Assembly: GCA_040754455.1 (NCBI GenBank)
Contig: JBFMCP010000040.1
Span: 1 to 24,358, forward strand
DNA length: 24,358 nt
Source: Nitrospirota bacterium
Lineage (GTDB): Bacteria > Nitrospirota > Thermodesulfovibrionia > Thermodesulfovibrionales > Dissulfurispiraceae
Direction of reading: 5' to 3'
Below, in pieces: positions 9,046-18,290 of the stretch (position 1 is its first letter; each line of letters starts with the position of its first letter). Under the pieces are notes generated by a model that was not told where the DNA came from, did not search any database, and saw only the letters and a program-made list of their open reading frames with translations. Made by a program: the position numbers and the translations under genes.

Positions 9046-9222
9046 ATGAAGGATTTGTTGAAGAAGTTTGAGACAACGATGATGGCAGCAGCCTTTGCAG
9101 AGGAGGGTGAATTCGATACCGCACGGCAGATACTCAAAGAAGAGCGGCAGCGAAAGACCGAACGGCCCGTCCAGTACAAAGACAAGAGGGCTTCCAACAG
9201 AAAAGAATTGCGGGCTGACTAA
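9046..9222 (+). CDS. Small 58-aa protein not in the ORF track (AxFAEEGEF motif)
   Basis: GGGAGGA RBS; MKDLLKKFETTMMAAAFAEEGEFDTARQILKEERQRKTERPVQYKDKRASNRKELRAD*; paralogous to the N-terminus of the next gene. Confidence 0.8.
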   Translation: MKDLLKKFETTMMAAAFAEEGEFDTARQILKEERQRKTERPVQYKDKRASNRKELRAD

Positions 9223-9329
9223 CAAGTTACAACTACCCACAAGAGGATGTAAGCAATGGGGAAGCTGAAGAAAACGATGAGGCAGATTGAGACAGCGCTG
9301 ACGGCAGCCTCTTTTGCAGAGGAGGGTGA
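9094..9329 (+). repeat. Direct repeat shared by two adjacent genes
   Basis: TTTGCAGAGGAGGGTGA exact at 9094-9110 and 9313-9329, inside a longer diverged duplication (9067-9147 vs 9286-9366). Confidence 0.8.
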
Positions 9330-9735
9330 GTTCGCAGCGGCCAGGGAGATGCTCAAAGAGGAGCGGAGAGTGCTGCTCGCCATAAAGAAAGGGCAGATGG
9401 ACAGAAAGACCTTCAGGTATGCAGTCAACACCTGTAAGAGGGTGGGGGCCCATCTCGATGTCCTCTATGTCGCCCCATCGGAAGCACTCGACCCGGTTCT
9501 TGAGCAGTGCCTGTCGGAATTAAAAGAGGAGGGCATCAATTACCGTTTGCTGTACAAGAGCGGGTGCCTGAAGCAGGCGATTATCGACTATACCAACGCG
9601 AAAAAGGAGATTCTCTTCGCTGTTACGGAGTCGTCTAAAAATTTGGAAGTGGATTGTAGGGGGAAGGGTAAAAAGCTTTCGGATGCATGGAAGAACCTCA
9701 GATGTCCGTTGGTCGTGGTAGCAGAGAGTGTATAG
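9256..9735 (+). CDS. USP-like (adenine nucleotide alpha-hydrolase-like) protein with N-terminal FAEEGEF segment
   Basis: RVLLAI...YAVNTCKRVGAHLDVLYV and C-terminal CPLVVV resemble the USP fold; GAGGA RBS. Confidence 0.7.
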   Translation: MGKLKKTMRQIETALTAASFAEEGEFAAAREMLKEERRVLLAIKKGQMDRKTFRYAVNTCKRVGAHLDVLYVAPSEALDPVLEQCLSELKEEGINYRLLYKSGCLKQAIIDYTNAKKEILFAVTESSKNLEVDCRGKGKKLSDAWKNLRCPLVVVAESV

Positions 9736-9780
9736 AAAAAACCGGCATCGGTTGATGCGTAATCGAAAAGGAGGAAGGTA

Positions 9781-10032
9781 ATGGCACAGTATGGCAGTAA
9801 AAAAAAGAAGCCCTATGGCATGTTGATCATCACGGGGATTATTTCGATAGCACTCTATACAATATTGTTATCGAATCAGAGTTTTTTTAACGACTATTTC
9901 AGTCGCGGCGGTCTGTATGCGTTTCTCCCGATAGGAACGGCGTTCATCTTTTCGTTCGTGCACGGTTCCTTTACGGGCAACTTCTGGACAGTGCTCGGCA
10001 TTGAGGCTGCTAAAAAGAAGGAGGTAAAGTAA
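9781..10032 (+). CDS. Small two-TM membrane protein
   Basis: Two hydrophobic helices, FVHGSFTGNFW; GGAGG RBS; 1 nt from the TauE gene. Confidence 0.8.
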   Translation: MAQYGSKKKKPYGMLIITGIISIALYTILLSNQSFFNDYFSRGGLYAFLPIGTAFIFSFVHGSFTGNFWTVLGIEAAKKKEVK

Positions 10033-10033
10033 C

Positions 10034-11125
10034 ATGCATGACGTGGTCAATGTAGCAGCTAATTTTATCAATCTCGATGCAGTGAATCTCATTTATCTTT
10101 TTCTCGTAGGATTCGTCGGCGGCCTCGTGAGCGGGTTCATCGGCTCGGGTGGCGCGTTCGTCCTTACCCCCGGCATGATGAGCCTGGGCGTCCCCGGCCT
10201 TGTTGCCGTGGCGAGCAATATGTGCCACAAATTTCCCAAGGCGCTGGTAGGAGCGATCAAGCGTGCGAAATACGGCCAGGTTGATGTCAAACTGGGTATT
10301 GTTCTCGGTGTATCGGCTGAGGCCGGCGTTCTCTACGGTGCGCACATCCAGGAAAGCATCAAGAAAGCTTTCGGCGACGCAGGCTCAAACCTTTACGTCA
10401 GCGTGGCTTTTGTGGTGATCCTTGCAGTCGTTGGAGGTTTTGTGTTGAGGGATGCCTGGAAGACATATAAGTCAGGCAATGCACACGAAGAAGAAAAAGT
10501 AACAAAATTGGCAAAATGGGTACAGTCGATAAATATTCCTGGAACGATGGTCTATTTCAAAAGCCTGAACGCAAAGGTTTCTGTTCTTTTCACCATTCCC
10601 CTCGGCTTTGCAACCGGCATGCTCGCTGCTACCATCGCGGTCGGCGGCTTTATTGGCGTTCCTTCCATGATCTACGTTCTCGGTGCGCCGAGTCTTATGG
10701 CATCGGCGACTGAGCTGGTCATTGCTTTTGTTATGGGTGTAGGTGGATCCTTTAAATATGCATTGCACGGTCTCGTCGACATCCGCCTCGCCATGATCAT
10801 CCTGGCAGGCTCGCTCTTCGGCATTCAGTTGGGCGCAATCGGCACTACCTATGTAAAGCCCTTCATGATCAAGGTGGTCATGGGTGTTATCATGGTTATC
10901 GTCCTCTTCAGCCGTGGCCTGATGGTCCCGGTCTACCTTTCCCAGCTCGGTCTTATCACAAAGCTGAGTGATACAACGGTAAAGGCGTTGAAGAGCACCA
11001 GCTTCGCCATCATGATCTTCGCGCTTGCTCTCGGTGCATTCATCGTCCTCCGCGCTATGTGGCAGGGCCGCAGGGCTGAGCGTGAGCTGGCGGCAAAACA
11101 GGTTCTGGAGCATGGTAAAATCTAA
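10034..11125 (+). CDS. TauE/SafE (DUF81/TSUP) family sulfur-compound transporter
   Basis: GFVGGLVSGFIGSGGAFVLTP, second repeat IAVGGFIGVP, multiple TM helices. Confidence 0.88.
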   Translation: MHDVVNVAANFINLDAVNLIYLFLVGFVGGLVSGFIGSGGAFVLTPGMMSLGVPGLVAVASNMCHKFPKALVGAIKRAKYGQVDVKLGIVLGVSAEAGVLYGAHIQESIKKAFGDAGSNLYVSVAFVVILAVVGGFVLRDAWKTYKSGNAHEEEKVTKLAKWVQSINIPGTMVYFKSLNAKVSVLFTIPLGFATGMLAATIAVGGFIGVPSMIYVLGAPSLMASATELVIAFVMGVGGSFKYALHGLVDIRLAMIILAGSLFGIQLGAIGTTYVKPFMIKVVMGVIMVIVLFSRGLMVPVYLSQLGLITKLSDTTVKALKSTSFAIMIFALALGAFIVLRAMWQGRRAERELAAKQVLEHGKI

Positions 11126-11127
11126 CC

Positions 11128-11997
11128 ATGAGTGCGTGCAAGAGCGGGAAGTGTAAGAAAATGCTGGTCGCTATCGACGGCTCTGAATCAAGCCTGCATG
11201 CCCTGAAGGAATCCTTCAAGCTTGCGGCGAACGAGAAGAGCTGGATCACGGTGACCTCGGTGGTTCCTCCCTACGAAGGCGATCTTGACCTCGTCGGCAT
11301 CGGCAATATACAGCACGCGCTCAGGCACCCCTGTGAGAAAGCGCTTGCCGATGCAATGGCACTGGCAAAAGCGGAAAGGGTGCTGATAAAAACAGTCTGT
11401 GAGGAAGGTGAGCCGCACGAACGGATCATCGATCTTGCTGAGGCCGAAAACTGCGATCTGATTGTTATGGGAAGGAGAGGCCTGCACAGGGTAGGGAGGA
11501 CGCTCATTGGCAGTGTCGCGGCGAGGGTCATCGGCTACAGTCAGAAGGATGTGCTGATTGTCCCTCATACCGCAACGATAGACTGGAAGACGATTCTCGT
11601 TGCTACCGACCTCTCCCGTTACAGCAAGGTCGCCATAGATCGGGCGATAGACTTTGCCGACTCCTACGGCGGGGCACTGAAGATAGTATCGGTGGTAGAC
11701 GTGCCGTCGGAGTTTTATGGCGAAGCGCCGAATGTCGTCGATGACCTTGTCAAAAAGGCAAAGGCCCATGTGGAGGAAGCGAAGCTGAAGGCCGAAGCAG
11801 CGGGCATTAAAGCCGAAGCCTTTGTGAGAGAAGGAGATGCGCCTCAGATGATCCTTGATATGGCAGAGGACCTCGGTGCAAATACGATTGTCATGGGTTC
11901 CCATGGAAGAACTGGCCTTAAACGACTGCTTATGGGAAGTGTTACCGAGAAGGTGATCGGTAGCGCCCGCTGTCCTGTGCTTGTTGTACGGTCATAA
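11128..11997 (+). CDS. Tandem-domain universal stress protein
   Basis: Two USP domains: VAIDGS...IVMGRRG...IGSVA and VATDLS...IVMGSHGRTG...MGSVTEKV...CPVLVV. Confidence 0.93.
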   Translation: MSACKSGKCKKMLVAIDGSESSLHALKESFKLAANEKSWITVTSVVPPYEGDLDLVGIGNIQHALRHPCEKALADAMALAKAERVLIKTVCEEGEPHERIIDLAEAENCDLIVMGRRGLHRVGRTLIGSVAARVIGYSQKDVLIVPHTATIDWKTILVATDLSRYSKVAIDRAIDFADSYGGALKIVSVVDVPSEFYGEAPNVVDDLVKKAKAHVEEAKLKAEAAGIKAEAFVREGDAPQMILDMAEDLGANTIVMGSHGRTGLKRLLMGSVTEKVIGSARCPVLVVRS

Positions 11998-12072
11998 TAA
12001 TCGGAATTAAGCTGACAAGAGAGAGTAAAGGTAAAGACCCGGAGCTTCATGTTCCGGCCCGGTGCGGACTTT

Positions 12073-13359
12073 TCAGTTCCTCTTCAGAACGAGGACGTGC
12101 ACAGAACAGGAGATGCAGGGATCGTAGCTCCTGATGATCTTTTCACACTCCCTCTTCAGGTAGTCGGCAGGCTTCTCAAGGTTTTTCTGAAGGAAGGCAT
12201 GAATATCCTTCTCCATGTGCCCGAGGTTCTGGGACGTAGGCGGAATGAGGGTGCACGCCTTGACGTATCCGTTATCATCGAGCTCATAGCGGTGGATGAG
12301 CATGCCGCGCGGCGCTTCGGTGATCCACGTTGCGGTGCCGCTCCGCGGACTGTATTCGACAAAGGCCTTTGCAGGCTCTTCATAGTCCCTGATGAGGCGG
12401 ACCGCTTCATGAAACGCGAAAGACAGCTCGGCAGACCGTGCGATAATGCCCATCCCGGTGTTATGCAGGGGAACGAGAGTTCCGGTTTCCCTGATGATGC
12501 TCTTCACCTCAGGAGGCAGCATTTCAAAATTCAGATTGAAACGCGCCAGCGGGCCCACGAGATACGGTGTCATCGTTGTATTGCGCTGTACAGCCGAGTG
12601 GAGCGCTGTTGATCGCTCGACCTGATGTTCGCGGAGTGCGCCAAAAAACTCTTCCATGGTCATGTCCAGCCCTCTGTTCGACACCACCCGACCTTCGTTC
12701 ATGGGATACTCTTCGGGGTGTCTGAGGGAGACGTATTCCATATCCCGCTCGATACCGCCGAAGGGGAGCCCCGCCGCCCACCTGATGGCATGCAGAGATT
12801 CCTCATAAGCCTTTTCAAGGTCGTCAATGAGTGCGGTCAGGCTTTTCTTTTTCGGAACGCCGAAGAACCCGCCTGTCCGTACCGAAACAGGATGGATCGG
12901 TCTCCCTCCTAGTACGCTCAGAAGATCGTTGCCGATCTTTTTAAAATGAAGCCCCTTCTTTGCAAGCGGCAGGTATTCACTTTTCGTCCATGCGCTCTCT
13001 GCGCCGTAGAAATCGGGCCCCTGAAGCAGGTAGATGTGCAGCGCATGGCTTTCGATCCACTCGCCGGTATAGAAGAGCCTGCGGAGGAGGCGTATCTGCG
13101 GGTCCACATCCACGCCGAATATTTTTTCTACTGCGTGAGCGGAGCTCATCTGGTACGCCACCGGACAGATGCCGCATATCCGTGCGGTAAAATCGATGAT
13201 ATCCTGGTGTGGCCTCCCCCGGAGAAAGGATTCGAAAAAACGGGGCGACTCGAAGATCGAGACATTGAGCCTGCTGATCCCGCCATCTTTTATTTCGACG
13301 AGGAGGCCGCCTTCTCCCTCAACCCGTGACAGATAATCGATTCTTATTCTCTTTTTCAT
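12073..13359 (-). CDS. Group 3b [NiFe] hydrogenase (sulfhydrogenase) large/alpha subunit
   Basis: RVEGEG, L1 RICGICP, EAPRG and L2 DPCISCSVH. Confidence 0.93.
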   Translation of the reverse strand: MKKRIRIDYLSRVEGEGGLLVEIKDGGISRLNVSIFESPRFFESFLRGRPHQDIIDFTARICGICPVAYQMSSAHAVEKIFGVDVDPQIRLLRRLFYTGEWIESHALHIYLLQGPDFYGAESAWTKSEYLPLAKKGLHFKKIGNDLLSVLGGRPIHPVSVRTGGFFGVPKKKSLTALIDDLEKAYEESLHAIRWAAGLPFGGIERDMEYVSLRHPEEYPMNEGRVVSNRGLDMTMEEFFGALREHQVERSTALHSAVQRNTTMTPYLVGPLARFNLNFEMLPPEVKSIIRETGTLVPLHNTGMGIIARSAELSFAFHEAVRLIRDYEEPAKAFVEYSPRSGTATWITEAPRGMLIHRYELDDNGYVKACTLIPPTSQNLGHMEKDIHAFLQKNLEKPADYLKRECEKIIRSYDPCISCSVHVLVLKRN

Positions 13360-13405
13360 GATGCCTCAGTTGCGATGCACACACGCATCGACCCCTTCAG
13401 ATCCT

Positions 13406-14176
13406 TTATGTAGGGGAAGCGGCTTTGTATTTTTCTTTTCTGTATGCATAGGTATTCATTTTGTCGATCATCTGCATACATTCATTCTGCGAGTAACCGA
13501 ACTGCTTGAAGACAGTGAAAAGCGAATCGATGTTCGCGCCTTCTTTCGGGCCGAAACATCCATAGCAGGGCCGGTCGAGGGAAGGACAGAGCACCCCGCA
13601 TCCGGCTTTGGTGATCGGTCCAAGGCATGGCTCCGATTGTGAAACCAGAATGCAGGGGATTCCCTTTTGCTTGCACTCCATGCACAGGGCGTATGTGGGA
13701 ACGGGCGGTCTCCTTCCCAGCAGAAAAGAGGTGAGCGTTTTCAAAATGGCGCTGTTATCGGGCGGACACCCCCAGAGCTCGTAGTCCACATGCACATGCT
13801 CTGATATGGGATCGGACGTCGCGAGGGTCTCGATGACCTCAGGCGAGGGATAGACGCTCCTTTTATATTCTGCTGCGCTTGCCCAGTTCTTCAACGCCTG
13901 CACCCCGCCGCAGGTCGCACATGCGCCGATGCTGATCATGAACGTTGACCGTTCGCGTACATCGATGATCTCCTCCACCTGCCGGTCAGTAGAGATGGAC
14001 CCCTCTATGACGGCGATGTCGAAGTGACCGGCGAGGGGCTTATCGGATACTTCGCGGAAGTACGCGACATCGAACACCTCCAGGATGCCCAGGAGCTGTT
14101 CCTCCAGGTTCAGGATGCTCAGCTGGCAGCCGTCGCAGGAGGTGAACTTGAAGACCCCGATCCTCGGCTTTTTCAT
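13406..14176 (-). CDS. Group 3b [NiFe] hydrogenase small/delta subunit
   Basis: MKKPRIGVFKFTSCDGCQL, GACAT.GG, GCPP and a C-terminal Cys cluster. The start is set at 14176, 2 nt past the gamma stop, rather than 14368. Confidence 0.9.
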   Translation of the reverse strand: MKKPRIGVFKFTSCDGCQLSILNLEEQLLGILEVFDVAYFREVSDKPLAGHFDIAVIEGSISTDRQVEEIIDVRERSTFMISIGACATCGGVQALKNWASAAEYKRSVYPSPEVIETLATSDPISEHVHVDYELWGCPPDNSAILKTLTSFLLGRRPPVPTYALCMECKQKGIPCILVSQSEPCLGPITKAGCGVLCPSLDRPCYGCFGPKEGANIDSLFTVFKQFGYSQNECMQMIDKMNTYAYRKEKYKAASPT

Positions 14177-14178
14177 CG

Positions 14179-15039
14179 CTACACCTCGCTTACCGCCAAA
14201 AACCGTGCCACGTCGGTCAATCTGAAAACAGGGCCGTCCTTGCAGACGAACGTGGGGCCGAACATGCAGTGCCCGCAGGTTCCTACTCCGCAGTTCATAT
14301 TTCTTTCCATGGAGATGAATATCTTCTCCTCCGGAATACCCATTTCGAGCAGACCTCTGATCATGCACTTCATCATCACTTCAGGCCCGCACATAAAGAC
14401 TACCGTATTAAGGGGATTAAGAGTGATTCTTCCCAGGAGCGATGAGATAAGACCCACCTCCCCTTTCCAGTATTCCTCCGGGTCGGTCTTATCAACGGTG
14501 AGATACACACGAAAGAACTTGCGGTAGCGTGGGAATTCATCTCTGAAGATTACGTCTTTCGGCGTCTTCGCTCCGTACAGCAGGACAGGAGCTTCAGATA
14601 ACTTCGGGCATTGCTGATCGTTCTTTGAAGGATGATTGCTCTTTGCGAGCAGCCGCACCACGGGCCGCAGAGGCGCAATGCCCAGACCTCCGGCGATGAT
14701 GAGCAGGCTCCTGCCGTCAGCCTCCTCCAGAGGCCATCCGCTGCCGAAAGGCCCTCGCAGTCCCACCGTATCTCCGGAGGACAGTTTTGAGAGCGCAGTG
14801 GTGACATTTCCGGCGACTCGTATGGTGTGTGTCAGTTCCCTGTCACCGGGAGAGCTGCTGATGGAAATGGGCGCCTCACCGACACCGGGAAGGTAAATCA
14901 TATTGAACTGCCCTGGTCTGAAGCGGTATTCTCCCACTGTCCTGGTGCTGTTCAATCTTATTGCATACGTTGAGGTGTCTCTTGTCTCTTTCCTGATCCA
15001 TCGTATGGTGGCGGGCTGCGGGATCAGCTTATCGTACAT
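14179..15039 (-). CDS. Group 3b hydrogenase gamma subunit (FAD/NAD(P)-binding, 2Fe-2S; AsrB-like)
   Basis: PGQFNM, GEAPISISS, RGPFG, AGGLGIAP, CGPE and CGVGTCGHC..VCKDGP. Confidence 0.92.
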   Translation of the reverse strand: MYDKLIPQPATIRWIRKETRDTSTYAIRLNSTRTVGEYRFRPGQFNMIYLPGVGEAPISISSSPGDRELTHTIRVAGNVTTALSKLSSGDTVGLRGPFGSGWPLEEADGRSLLIIAGGLGIAPLRPVVRLLAKSNHPSKNDQQCPKLSEAPVLLYGAKTPKDVIFRDEFPRYRKFFRVYLTVDKTDPEEYWKGEVGLISSLLGRITLNPLNTVVFMCGPEVMMKCMIRGLLEMGIPEEKIFISMERNMNCGVGTCGHCMFGPTFVCKDGPVFRLTDVARFLAVSEV

Positions 15040-16135
15040 TTCTCAACGCCTCCAGTTCTTCGGTAATATCTATGCCGGCCGGGCACCATGTGATGCAGCG
15101 TCCGCATCCCACGCATCCCGGCAGGCCGAATTGCGCACCGGTGTATGCCAGTTTGTGCGATATCCAGTGGCGATAGCGGGCGCTTCTCGAATATCTGAAA
15201 TTACCGCCGTGCACACTCGCAAAATTCGTAGAAAAGCAGGAGTCCCATTTGCGCACTCTTACCCCGGAGGTCTCAGGGGGGCTCCTCAGCAGACCATCGA
15301 GATGGGGGATTTCATAAATGGAATTGCAGAAGCAGGTAGGGCAGACTTGCGTACAATTGCCGCATTCGAGGTCCCGTGCTGCTATCTCATTCCAACAGGG
15401 ATGATCAAGGTTTCGATAAATGATATCCGGCAGCTCATGGGCCGCAATGGTTTTCTTCATCATCCGAGCACAACGATCTACGCGCATCCTTTTTCCCTTC
15501 CAGTCCGCATCATTTGGCGCTTCGGCAGACAGACGACCCACCATCTCCTTTCCTCGTTCAGTCGCTGCTTCGAGCAGGAAGGAGTCCTCCAACTCTGTCA
15601 TGCAAATATCGAAATAGTCCTTGACCTCAGGGCCGGTACCCAAGGAGGCGCAGAAGCAGGTATCGCCGGGGAAGAGGCAATTAAACGCTATTATTAAAGA
15701 ATTAGATCGAAGGTGATGATAGGTGCGGTCCTGTACCGGACCTTCCAGAAATACCCTGTCATAGAGCTTCAAGGCGGTGAGATCGCACCCCCTGACTCCC
15801 AGCAGCGCCACGGGACGGTCTCGTGCCGGAAGAGGATCTATTACTATTCCGCTCTTTCCTCTCCTGAATGCGAAAAGCTCTTTTTCCGGTGGATGGAGGA
15901 CCCTTTTGAAGGAGTCTGGACCGGGCGCAAATGAGAAGATGTCTGCATCATCCCCTTTTGAAAGCCTATAAGAGCCGGGGCTTTGATGATCTCTGTATCC
16001 CGCGGGGATATCGTCGAACACAATCTCCCTCATAACGACAACTCCGTCATCAACGGCAGGACCGATGAGCCTGTATGACTCTTGGAGAAGGGAAATAAAA
16101 GCCTCAAAGGAATCTTTTCTTATTTTCTTTTTCAC
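15029..16135 (-). CDS. Group 3b hydrogenase beta subunit (4Fe-4S; AsrA-like)
   Basis: VRGCDL, CFCAS, ECGNCTQVCPTCFC, WDSC and CVGCGRCITWCP; GTG start. Confidence 0.9.
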   Translation of the reverse strand: MKKKIRKDSFEAFISLLQESYRLIGPAVDDGVVVMREIVFDDIPAGYRDHQSPGSYRLSKGDDADIFSFAPGPDSFKRVLHPPEKELFAFRRGKSGIVIDPLPARDRPVALLGVRGCDLTALKLYDRVFLEGPVQDRTYHHLRSNSLIIAFNCLFPGDTCFCASLGTGPEVKDYFDICMTELEDSFLLEAATERGKEMVGRLSAEAPNDADWKGKRMRVDRCARMMKKTIAAHELPDIIYRNLDHPCWNEIAARDLECGNCTQVCPTCFCNSIYEIPHLDGLLRSPPETSGVRVRKWDSCFSTNFASVHGGNFRYSRSARYRHWISHKLAYTGAQFGLPGCVGCGRCITWCPAGIDITEELEALRNVR

Positions 16136-16384
16136 GATTGTTGCTCAAGAGAAGTACGCAGGAGCCTTATAACTAAAACCTACTATACATCTGTTTGAAA
16201 TGCAACGATGAGAGTGTTCTATGTGTGAGGCGAGAGCGGCTGACATTTTATGTCGAAACCGATGTGGTAATGCTCATCATGCCCCGGCCAGTGGCTCTTC
16301 TCTGAAAATATAATATTATATAAATAACAATAAGTTATGAGCTTAAAGACGTTCATGCCGCGTTTTTTGCTTTTTTTCATTTTT

Positions 16385-16426
16385 TTGACTTGTATCAAAG
16401 ATTATTTGCCGCATATCGGGTAAAAT
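16385..16426 (+). promoter_or_regulatory. FNR/DNR/HcpR-type box with class II -10 (distal hcp promoter)
   Basis: TTGAC-TTGT-ATCAA (16385-16398), 22 nt, then TAAAAT (16421-16426). Confidence 0.6.
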
Positions 16427-16466
16427 TTAAACAAGATAAACAAAAAGATAAGAAAAGTTTTTCGAT

Positions 16467-16508
16467 TTGATCTAAGTCAAGGGCAATCGTAAAGGGATTC
16501 AGTAAACT
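16467..16508 (+). promoter_or_regulatory. FNR/DNR/HcpR-type box with class II -10 (proximal hcp promoter)
   Basis: TTGAT-CTAA-GTCAA (16467-16480), 22 nt, then TAAACT (16503-16508). Confidence 0.65.
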
Positions 16509-16574
16509 GGAATCAAGATCACCGCATTCGTGAGATCTGGCTTTGAGCCAAAGATTCATCAAAAGGAGGACAAC

Positions 16575-18221
16575 ATGTTTTGTTATCAGTGTGAACAGGC
16601 TGCAAGGGGAACCGGATGTTCGGCAGTCAGCGTCTGCGGCAAGGACCCTGATGTGGCGGCGCTCCAGGACCTTCTGGTCTATGCGCTCCAGGGGCTTGCC
16701 CTTGTTGCGCATGAGGGAAGGAAGGTCGGCGTGAGCGACAAGGGAGTGAACGAATTTACGGTCAAAGGACTCTTCTCGACGCTCACCAACGTCAACTTCG
16801 ACGCAGCCCGCTTTGTCGGGCTCATCAATAAGACCGTTGAGCTCAGGGAAGGCCTTGCGGCAAAGGTGGAAAAAGCCAGCGGCAACGTTTCCTTCGCAGA
16901 GGGACCCGCAGTGTTTAAGCCTGAAGCATCAGTGGAAGGGCTGTTGCGGCAGGCAGAGAGGGCAGGGCTGAAATCCGATCCCTCTATCGACCCCGATATC
17001 CTTTCGCTCCAGCACACGACGCTGTTCGGCGTGAAAGGTATCTCCGCCTATGTCGACCACGCGCAGATACTGGGCAAGAGCGATGACGCGGTCTATGCCT
17101 ATATCCACGAGGCCCTCGCATCGATGACCAGAAGAGACCTCGGCCTCAATGATTGGGTGGGCATTGCCCTGAAGTGCGGCGAGACCAACCTCAAGGCAAT
17201 GGAACTGCTCGATGCGGCACATACCGAGCGGTACGGACATCCTGTTCCGACCAAGGTCCCTCTCGGCGCAAAGAAGGGAAAGGCACTCCTCGTTTCGGGC
17301 CACGATCTTATGGACCTTGAAGAGATACTCAAGCAGAGCGAGGGCAAGGGCATATATGTCTACACTCACGGCGAGATGCTCCCGACCCATGCCTATCCTC
17401 AGTTGAAAAAATATCCACACTTCTACGGCCATTACGGCACGGCATGGCAAAATCAGCATAAGGAATTCGCCACGTTCCCGGGTGCCATTGTGATGACGAC
17501 CAACTGTCTGCAGGAGCCGGAGCAGTCATATAAAGACAACATCTTCACTACCGGTCTTGTCGGCTGGCCCGGCGTGACGCATATCGTCGACAAGAACTTT
17601 GCGCCGGCGATCGAGCGGGCGCTCGCCCTTCCCGGGTTCACTGAAGACGTTCCGGGCAAGACTGTGATGACGGGCTTTGCGAGGAATGCGGTGATGGGCG
17701 TTGCCGACAAGGTTATCGAGGCGGTCAAGAATAAACATATCCGCCATTTCTTCCTGGTCGCGGGGTGCGACGGATCGAAGCCGGGGAGGAACTACTACAC
17801 CGAATTTGTCGAAAAAGTGCCGAAAGATTGCGTGGTGCTGACCCTGGCCTGCGGCAAGTTCCGCTTCTTCGACAAAGAGATGGGCGATATCGGCGGCATA
17901 CCGAGACTGCTCGATATCGGCCAGTGCAACGATGCTTACTCGGCCATCCAGATTGCGGTAGCGCTCTCAAAGGCCTTCGGTGTCGGCGTCAACAACCTGC
18001 CGCTCTCGCTGGTGCTCTCATGGTATGAGCAGAAGGCGGTGGCGATCCTGCTGACGCTCCTGTACCTAGGCATCAAGAACATCCGCATCGGTCCTTCGCT
18101 TCCGGCGTTCATCACCCCGAACGTTCTGAACGTGCTGGTGCAGAATTACAATATCATGCCTATCACCACGCCTGATAACGATCTCAAGGCGATACTGGGA
18201 GAGAGCGTCAAAGCAGCGTAA
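16575..18221 (+). CDS. hcp: Hybrid cluster protein (hydroxylamine/NO reductase), class I
   Basis: MFCYQCEQ with C-x2-C-x8-C-x5-C, SGHDL, THGEMLP, GCDG, GQCND and SWYEQKA; AAGGAGG RBS before the ATG at 16575. Confidence 0.96.
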   Translation: MFCYQCEQAARGTGCSAVSVCGKDPDVAALQDLLVYALQGLALVAHEGRKVGVSDKGVNEFTVKGLFSTLTNVNFDAARFVGLINKTVELREGLAAKVEKASGNVSFAEGPAVFKPEASVEGLLRQAERAGLKSDPSIDPDILSLQHTTLFGVKGISAYVDHAQILGKSDDAVYAYIHEALASMTRRDLGLNDWVGIALKCGETNLKAMELLDAAHTERYGHPVPTKVPLGAKKGKALLVSGHDLMDLEEILKQSEGKGIYVYTHGEMLPTHAYPQLKKYPHFYGHYGTAWQNQHKEFATFPGAIVMTTNCLQEPEQSYKDNIFTTGLVGWPGVTHIVDKNFAPAIERALALPGFTEDVPGKTVMTGFARNAVMGVADKVIEAVKNKHIRHFFLVAGCDGSKPGRNYYTEFVEKVPKDCVVLTLACGKFRFFDKEMGDIGGIPRLLDIGQCNDAYSAIQIAVALSKAFGVGVNNLPLSLVLSWYEQKAVAILLTLLYLGIKNIRIGPSLPAFITPNVLNVLVQNYNIMPITTPDNDLKAILGESVKAA

Positions 18222-18256
18222 CTGATATTTCTGGAAATAAAAGGAAGTAACGAGGC

Positions 18257-18288
18257 AGGAGAGGGGAGGCGACTCCCCTCTCCTTTTT
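18257..18288 (+). terminator. Rho-independent terminator after hcp
   Basis: AGGAGAGGGGAG-GCGA-CTCCCCTCTCCT perfect 12-bp stem, GNRA loop and T-run. Confidence 0.85.
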
Positions 18289-18290
18289 GT

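Noticed and set aside
14177..14368. N-terminal extension of the hydrogenase delta ORF in the track
   Set aside because: It overlaps the gamma subunit gene. Family similarity begins at MKKPRIGVFKF (14176), which has a GAGGT RBS.
16242..16337. GACAT-TTT-ATGTC palindrome, IHF-like TAACAATAAGTTA and a possible minus-strand sigma54 site upstream of the hydrogenase
   Set aside because: The palindrome is short and single-copy, and the candidate -24/-12 has 9-nt rather than 10-nt spacing, so it is too weak to call.
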